Assembly (NCBI GenBank): GCA_016720545.1
Contig: JADKKK010000003.1
Span: 409,516-473,515 of the forward strand
DNA from: Myxococcales bacterium
GTDB taxonomy: Bacteria > Myxococcota_A > Polyangia > Polyangiales > Polyangiaceae
Reading direction: 5' to 3'
DNA: 64,000 bases
Position 1 is the stretch's first letter, and each line of letters starts with the position of its first letter. The position numbers and the translations under genes were made by a program. A model generated the notes under the pieces. That model was not told where the DNA came from and did not search any database. It was given only the letters and a program-made list of their open reading frames with translations. Shown piece after piece: positions 58,324 to 64,000 of the stretch.

Positions 58324-60210
58324 TTGCGCTACCTTGTCGGAATGTCGCCTGTTTTCGCTCGCCCAAGTCGAACGCGCGCCCTCGCGCTGACGTCGCTCGC
58401 GTCGCTCGCGTCGCTCTCGCTCCACGCGGCGTGCTCGTCGACCGCGGCGCCCTCGCCGACGCCTGGCGCCGACGCGACCGCGCCGTGTCCGCCCCCCGAG
58501 GGGACCGGGCTCGCCCTTCCCCGCCCCAAGCGACGGACGCCTCGCTGGGCCTTCGAGCCGTGGATCTCGAAGGACATCTCGACCTCAGACGACACGCGCG
58601 CCTTCGTGGCCGGGTTCAAGTCGCGCGACATCCCCGTGGGCGTCGTGGTGCTCGATAGCCCCTGGGAGACGAGCTACCACTCGTTCGTTCCGAACCCGAA
58701 GCGCTACGGCGGGTTCGACGGCCTCACCGACGAGCTCCACGGACAGGGCATCAAGCTCGTGCTCTGGATGACCTCGAACATGAACGAGAGCTCCCTCGAT
58801 CTCGAGCAAGGCGGCGACCTCTATACGGGTCCCGCGCCCGACTTCGAACGGGGCATTCTCTGCAAGTACTACGTCAACGACGGCGAGACCTCGTTCTGGT
58901 GGAAGGGCCGGGGCGCAGGCGTCGACTTCTTCAACCCGGAAGCCCTCGCGTGGTGGCACGGCCTGCAGAAGCCCATCCTCCAGAAGATCGACGGCTGGAA
59001 GCTCGATTTCGGAGAGAACTACATCCTGCCTGCGCCCATGAAGTCGGCCAAGGGCGAGGTCCCTCTTCAGGAGTACTCCGAGGAATACTACAAAGACTTT
59101 CTGGCCTTCGGCGTGGCCTCGCGCGGGCCCGAGTTCACCACGATGGTGCGCCCGTGGGACGCCTCGTACCAGTTCGCGGGCCGCTACTTCGCGCGCCCCG
59201 AAGACGCCCCCGTGGCGTGGGTGGGCGACAACCGGCGCGACTGGGTCGGCCTCGCCGACGCGCTCGACAGCATATTTCGTTCGGCACGAAAGGGCTATGT
59301 GGTGGTGGGCTCGGACATCGGCGGATACCTCGACAGGGACGACAAGGATCTCACGAAGGAGATCCCCTTCGATCAAGACAACTTCGCGCGGTGGACGGCG
59401 GTGGGCGCCTTGACCCCGTTCATGCAGCTCCACGGTCGCGCGAACCTCGCGCCGTGGACGGTGAGCGTGCGCCCCGAGGAGACGGTGACGCTCTACCGTT
59501 ATTGGTCGTGGCTCCACCACGAGCTCGTACCGTTCTTCTACAGCCTGGCCGAAGAGGCCTATGCGGGCGGGCCCAACGTGCTCGAGCCGATTGGCGACGA
59601 TCCGGGGTGGGCGGGCGACTTCCGCTTCCGCGTAGGGAAGGCGCTGTTCGTGGCGCCCATCCTGGACGGCTCGGGGAGGCGCGACGTGCCTCTCCCTGCC
59701 GGCGACACGTATTACGACTTCTGGCGACCGCAAGACGACGCCATTCCCGGCGGGCGGACGCTGACCGGAGTCGACGCGACCGACCGCGCGCGGATACCCC
59801 TTTACGTGCGACAGGGCGCGATCATCCCGATGCACGTCGAGAACGAGCTCACCGGCGCGGGGGACGCGGCGTCGAAGGGGCGGCTCACCGTGCTGGTGTA
59901 TCCCGGCCCGACCCGGCAAGCGTTCGTGCTCCACGACGACGACGACCAGAAGACCACGATCGAAGCGGAGTCGACGGCCGCGGGGGCGCGCGTCACGCTC
60001 TCGCGGAGCCCGAAGCCGGTGACCCTGCGCGTCCGCGCGGACATGCCCCCGAGCGGCGCGAGCCTCGACGGTGCCCCGCTCGCCCAAGCGGCGACGCGCG
60101 CAGCCTTCAACGCGGGCGAGGGGCAGTATTTCGTCGACGCCGCGGCGCGGAACGTGTGGGTGCGTATACCCGCCGCGTCCGGCTCGCGAGCGGTCGTGCT
60201 GTCGCCGTAG
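58324..60210 (+). CDS. glycoside hydrolase family 31-like lipoprotein
   Basis: Lipobox LSLHAACSS; WKLDFGEN and VVGSDIGGY resemble the GH31 WxDMNE and GADIGGF catalytic motifs. Confidence 0.65.
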   Translation: MRYLVGMSPVFARPSRTRALALTSLASLASLSLHAACSSTAAPSPTPGADATAPCPPPEGTGLALPRPKRRTPRWAFEPWISKDISTSDDTRAFVAGFKSRDIPVGVVVLDSPWETSYHSFVPNPKRYGGFDGLTDELHGQGIKLVLWMTSNMNESSLDLEQGGDLYTGPAPDFERGILCKYYVNDGETSFWWKGRGAGVDFFNPEALAWWHGLQKPILQKIDGWKLDFGENYILPAPMKSAKGEVPLQEYSEEYYKDFLAFGVASRGPEFTTMVRPWDASYQFAGRYFARPEDAPVAWVGDNRRDWVGLADALDSIFRSARKGYVVVGSDIGGYLDRDDKDLTKEIPFDQDNFARWTAVGALTPFMQLHGRANLAPWTVSVRPEETVTLYRYWSWLHHELVPFFYSLAEEAYAGGPNVLEPIGDDPGWAGDFRFRVGKALFVAPILDGSGRRDVPLPAGDTYYDFWRPQDDAIPGGRTLTGVDATDRARIPLYVRQGAIIPMHVENELTGAGDAASKGRLTVLVYPGPTRQAFVLHDDDDQKTTIEAESTAAGARVTLSRSPKPVTLRVRADMPPSGASLDGAPLAQAATRAAFNAGEGQYFVDAAARNVWVRIPAASGSRAVVLSP

Positions 60211-60264
60211 CCGTCGCCCGGAGGCATTCGACGCGGGTGCCCCTCGGGGCTACGCTGACGAGCC

Positions 60265-61542
60265 ATGCGGGCGCGACTCCACGATCGGAATGGGCCTCGC
60301 ACGCTCACCCGGGGCGTCGCCGCCGCGGCCGCGGGCGTGCTCGCGATCACCCTGCCCTGGGTCTTCGGCGACGCGCCTTCTCCGCTCGCGGCGACCACCG
60401 CGTTGCTCGCGCTCGCGGTCCTCCCACTGACGCGCGTACCGCCGCTCCGGTTTGGCCCGCGCGACGTGCTGCTCGATGTGCGCACGGGAGACCTCCACGT
60501 GCGCGCGGGCCTGCGCTCGTTCCACATCCGCGCGCCGGAAATCACGGGCGCCACCGTGAGCCGGCACGGCGCGGCGTGCGCGCTGACGCTCTCACTCTCC
60601 ACGCGCCGTGGGATGCCCGTCACCCTCGTGTTCGCCAACGACTCGGAGGCCGAGGAGGTCAGGGCCGCGCTCGGCCTCGGCCACGGCGGGCGCGGCGAGA
60701 CCTACTGGCGCACCGAGTGGGACGGCACCGCGACCCTGCTCGCGTGGACGACCACCGCGATCTTTGCGGTGGGTGCGCTCTTCGCGACCCACGTCGGAGA
60801 GGAGACCGGCGGCGTCTTCACGGTGCTGTCGGTAGTCGCGGGCCTCTTCGGCCTGGTGCTCACGTGGGCGGCGTCGCCCGCGATCAAGCCCGGCATGGGG
60901 CGGCGCGTGGCCCTCCGGCCCGAGGGTGCGTACTTGCCCACGCCGACCGGCCACTGCTTCGCCGAGTACGAGAAGCTCGGGCGGGTCGATCCCGCCGACG
61001 GCGCGCTCGTGTGCCAGGTCGGCGACGAGCCGTTCGTGCTCGTGCGGAGCCGCACGCTGCCCGCCGCAGAGATCGAGCTCATCGCGAGCCATCTCACTTC
61101 TGCCAAGCGACGCGCGCTCGGCGAGGGGCCGCTCGCGGTCGATGTGCGTGAGCGGCTGCGGGTCCTCGAGCGCGGAGATGCACCCCTCGGCGCATGGCTG
61201 GCCCGGCTCGAGGGGATCGCGGTAGGCGGCGGCTACCGCGGCGGCGCGGTCGAGGCGGACGATCTTCGGGTGGCCGTGGGCGACCCCGACCTCGACGTGG
61301 AGCTCCGCGTCGCGGCGGCGCGCGTGCTCGCGCGCGTCGATCCGGAGGTCCGCGTTCGCGTCGCGGAGCTGGCCAACACCGCGCCCAACGCCCCCCGAGC
61401 GAGGGCCCTGCGGGTCGCGACGGGCGATCTCGGAGAGCTCACCGACGCCCTCGACGCGCTCGAGGCGGTCGAACCGCGCAGAGGGAGCGTAGGCCGTCGC
61501 GCGGTCACCGCGTCCATGGACGCCCATTCGACCCGGCGGTGA
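60265..61542 (+). CDS. hypothetical membrane protein
   Basis: A long frame with several hydrophobic helices. No family recognised. Confidence 0.4.
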   Translation: MRARLHDRNGPRTLTRGVAAAAAGVLAITLPWVFGDAPSPLAATTALLALAVLPLTRVPPLRFGPRDVLLDVRTGDLHVRAGLRSFHIRAPEITGATVSRHGAACALTLSLSTRRGMPVTLVFANDSEAEEVRAALGLGHGGRGETYWRTEWDGTATLLAWTTTAIFAVGALFATHVGEETGGVFTVLSVVAGLFGLVLTWAASPAIKPGMGRRVALRPEGAYLPTPTGHCFAEYEKLGRVDPADGALVCQVGDEPFVLVRSRTLPAAEIELIASHLTSAKRRALGEGPLAVDVRERLRVLERGDAPLGAWLARLEGIAVGGGYRGGAVEADDLRVAVGDPDLDVELRVAAARVLARVDPEVRVRVAELANTAPNAPRARALRVATGDLGELTDALDALEAVEPRRGSVGRRAVTASMDAHSTRR

Positions 61543-61603
61543 TCTTCGGCGCGGCGCCCCACGAAGCGCGGCGCGGCGCCACGCGGGCTGCTACGCTCGC
61601 GCC

Positions 61604-62857
61604 GTGGCCTACAAGCTCTCTGGGATCGTGCTGTGGGGTGTGCTCGCGCTCGCCGGCGTCGGGTGCAGCGCGGAGGCGCCCTCGCCGGAAGAGGCCCAAG
61701 ACGAGGCCGACGAGGCGGCCATCGCCGGCGTCGCGGCCGCCGATCCGAGCGCCACGCTCGCCACCCGCGCCGTGCTCGCGAACCTGCGCTCTTTCGACCT
61801 GAAGAGCTCGAACGCCTGGGACCGGCGCGTCCTCTTCGGCCAGCAGGAATACGACACGTCCAACCGCGCCGCCCACGGCCTCGGGAAGGTCGCGTCCGAC
61901 GTGGAGCAGGTGTCGGGCAAGCAGCCCGGCCTCGTGAGCTACGAGCTCTCGAGCGCGTACCCCGGCAGCACGTCGGTGTTCGACAGGGCCGGGTTCGCCG
62001 CGGGCCGACCCGCGCTCCGCGAGCTCATCCTCGACAAACGACGCCGCGGCATCCTCACGAGCCTCGTCTGGCACCTCCGCTGCCCCAAGGCGCGGAGCAC
62101 CCTCCCGGACAAATACGCGCCCGCCGACTGCCCCGCCGACTACACCATGGCCGAGCTGCTCGAGCGCAAGCCCGACGGCTCGCGTGGGGCGCACTTCGAC
62201 GAGTGGAAGGGCATGCTCGACGAGCTCGCCGAGCTCCTCTGGTCTCTCAAGGACGACCGCGGCGCGCTCGCGCCCGTGTTGCTCCGCCCCTTCCACGAGT
62301 TCACCGGGGAGTGGTTCTGGTGGGGCCGCTCGAACACCCCCGAGACCTACGCGGCGGTGTGGCGCCACATGGTCACGTACCTGCGCGAGGGGCGCGGGCT
62401 CCACAACGTGCTCTGGGTCTTCTGCCCGGCCGCGCCCACGGAGCGCCACCTCGGGGGCTACGAGCGCTACTACCCCGGCGACGCGTTCGTCGACGTCGTG
62501 TCGTTCGATCGCTACGACCACAGCAGCAGCTTTGCCGCCGGCTTCGCCGACGACCTCGACGCGGTCGGTGGTTTCGCCCGCGCGCATGGCAAGGTGGCGG
62601 CGGTCGCGGAGGTCGGGCGCGATCTCGTGGGGATGCCGCGGTCGCCTACCTGGTTCACCCGCTCGCTGCTCGCCCCGCTGAAGACCCGCTCCTTCGGCTA
62701 CGTCGCCTTGTGGCGAAACGCGCCGTGGGAGAAGTTCGCGCCCGAACCCGGCGACGCTGAAATAGCTAGCGATTTCAAAGACATGACAAGCGACGAGGCC
62801 GTCCTGCTCGCGGGCAAACACGACCTCTATCGGCCGCTGCACGTCGCCGCTCCGTAG
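61604..62857 (+). CDS. glycoside hydrolase family 26 (endo-beta-1,4-mannanase-like) lipoprotein
   Basis: Lipobox LALAGVGCS; the motif FHEFTGEWFWWG is the GH26 signature. Confidence 0.8.
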   Translation: MAYKLSGIVLWGVLALAGVGCSAEAPSPEEAQDEADEAAIAGVAAADPSATLATRAVLANLRSFDLKSSNAWDRRVLFGQQEYDTSNRAAHGLGKVASDVEQVSGKQPGLVSYELSSAYPGSTSVFDRAGFAAGRPALRELILDKRRRGILTSLVWHLRCPKARSTLPDKYAPADCPADYTMAELLERKPDGSRGAHFDEWKGMLDELAELLWSLKDDRGALAPVLLRPFHEFTGEWFWWGRSNTPETYAAVWRHMVTYLREGRGLHNVLWVFCPAAPTERHLGGYERYYPGDAFVDVVSFDRYDHSSSFAAGFADDLDAVGGFARAHGKVAAVAEVGRDLVGMPRSPTWFTRSLLAPLKTRSFGYVALWRNAPWEKFAPEPGDAEIASDFKDMTSDEAVLLAGKHDLYRPLHVAAP

Positions 62858-62990
62858 CTAGAGATAGGGCCCGGCCGAAGAAAAGTGCGCTCGGACCGCG
62901 CGGTCACTCGCTCCACCGAACCCATCGAGCCCTCCACAGGCTCGAAGAGAGAGAGGAGAGGCCGACGCCTCTACGAGCAGAAGGGACCCC

Positions 62991-63365
62991 ATGTCGACGA
63001 TCGCCATCACCTCCGAGAACTTCGCCGCGACGCTTGAGAAGGAAGGGATCGTCGTCCTCGACTTCTGGGCGGCCTGGTGCGGTCCGTGCCGCACGTTCGG
63101 ACCCATCTTCGAGGCCGCCTCCGAGCGCCACGGCGACCTCACCTGGGGCAAGATCGACACCGAGGCCGAGCAGGAGCTCGCGGGGGCGCTCCGCATCCGC
63201 TCGATCCCCACGCTCATGATCTTCCGCGACGGCATCCTCCTGTTCTCGCAGCCGGGTCTCGTGCCTGCCGCCGGGCTCGACGATCTCGTCGCGCAGGTCC
63301 GCGCGCTGGACATGGCGGAGGTGCGCCGCAAGATCGCCGCCTCCGAGGCCGAACGGGTCGCCTGA
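62991..63365 (+). CDS. trxA: thioredoxin
   Basis: WCGPC active site; ~120 aa. Confidence 0.9.
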   Translation: MSTIAITSENFAATLEKEGIVVLDFWAAWCGPCRTFGPIFEAASERHGDLTWGKIDTEAEQELAGALRIRSIPTLMIFRDGILLFSQPGLVPAAGLDDLVAQVRALDMAEVRRKIAASEAERVA

Positions 63366-63447
63366 CGAGTCATCCCGCCCCGCGCGGGCGGCCCGCAGGC
63401 CCGCTTGTCCCTTGTGCCGCCGCGCGCGGCGGTGGTCTCCTGATGCC

Positions 63448-63744
63448 ATGGCGCAGCGAGCCGAAGACGAGTGGAACGCGCGAGTCTGGAGGGTGCGAGC
63501 GAAGGACGGTCGGCAGGCGCCCGAGCCCGTATCGCTGACCAAGATCCGGCGAGGCGTGGAGCTCGGCAAGCTCCACGTGGACATGGAAATCGCCCAGGTG
63601 GCCCTCGCCGCCTGCCACGAGGTAGGGGCCTACGCTTCGGCCGTGCACATGGCCGTGCTGTTCTCCGGCCGCGAGCTCGAGGAGACCTGCGCGAAGGTCG
63701 CGTGCACGCTCTCTCTCAAAGGCGCCCCGCAACAGGCGGAGTAG
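63448..63744 (+). CDS. small hypothetical protein
   Basis: MAQRAEDEWNARVWRV... has protein-like composition. No family recognised. Confidence 0.3.
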   Translation: MAQRAEDEWNARVWRVRAKDGRQAPEPVSLTKIRRGVELGKLHVDMEIAQVALAACHEVGAYASAVHMAVLFSGRELEETCAKVACTLSLKGAPQQAE

Positions 63745-63748
63745 CCCG

Positions 63749-64000
63749 CGTGCCCTCTTCCCCGCCCTCTTTCCCGCCCTCTTCCCCGCCTGCGAGCGCG
63801 ACGATCGCGGGCGTGTTCGTGGGCGGCGCTTCACGGCGGATGGGCTCCCCCAAGGGGCTGCTCACCCTCGGTGGACGCCCGCTCGTGGAGCGATGGCTCG
63901 CCGTGCTGGAGCGCCTCGGTGTGCCCTACGTCTTGGTGGGCGCGCGACCCGAATATGCGCACCTCCCCGCGACGACGCTAGCCGACAGCCCCGCGGGGGT
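63749..64000 (+). CDS. MobA-like NTP-transferase (molybdenum cofactor guanylyltransferase-like), N-terminal part; continues beyond the window
   Basis: GTG start; IAGVFVGGASRRMGSPKGLLTLGGRPLVERWL matches the MobA GxxLAGGxSxRMG.DK.LL motif. Confidence 0.5.

Overview
This is a very high-GC window (about 70% or more), probably from a myxobacterial or similar deltaproteobacterial chromosome. GC-rich sequence produces many long spurious antisense ORFs (Arg/Ala/Pro-rich), and I did not call those. The ORF track uses GTG/TTG as 'M'.

Most of the window is housekeeping and envelope genes: a Ser/Thr kinase, GlpD, NAD-dependent LigA, Asd, SelO, thioredoxin, a CapD/epimerase/sugar-transferase polysaccharide trio, GH26 and GH31 hydrolases, lipases, and many lipoproteins and outer-membrane proteins.

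The standout is a compact same-strand locus at about 30.6-36.5 kb that looks like a bacterial vault/Ro-type ribonucleoprotein system:
- tRNA-His and tRNA-Ala, then a (CCCAA)5 microsatellite;
- a TROVE + vWA Ro60/Rsr-like protein;
- a GC hairpin and a (TAGC)5 'CTAG' array;
- a roughly 140-nt ncRNA that is a circularly permuted tRNA-Ala mimic (T-arm, acceptor 3' strand, closing loop, acceptor 5' strand with G3.U70, D-arm) flanked by a long bulged terminal stem, which is Y-RNA architecture;
- a full-length Major Vault Protein homologue.

A second accessory spot surrounds the tmRNA gene ssrA (12.7-13.1 kb). A degenerate copy of the ssrA 3' end lies about 0.9 kb downstream and brackets a small islet. 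Next to it are a rifampin ADP-ribosyltransferase (arr) sitting against a truncated S1-protease remnant, a YdeI-like protein and a frameshifted immunity-like gene.

Other features:
- a BlaI/BlaR1(M56) regulatory pair with two TACA/TGTA-type operator palindromes;
- a flavin-dependent halogenase (WxWxIP) convergent with an LCM-type O-methyltransferase;
- a beta-carbonic-anhydrase-like protein;
- an FGE/SUMF1-domain lipoprotein carrying perfect in-frame tandem DNA repeats.

At least four otherwise convincing genes show single-base frame changes. These are either real pseudogenes or homopolymer/repeat sequencing errors.
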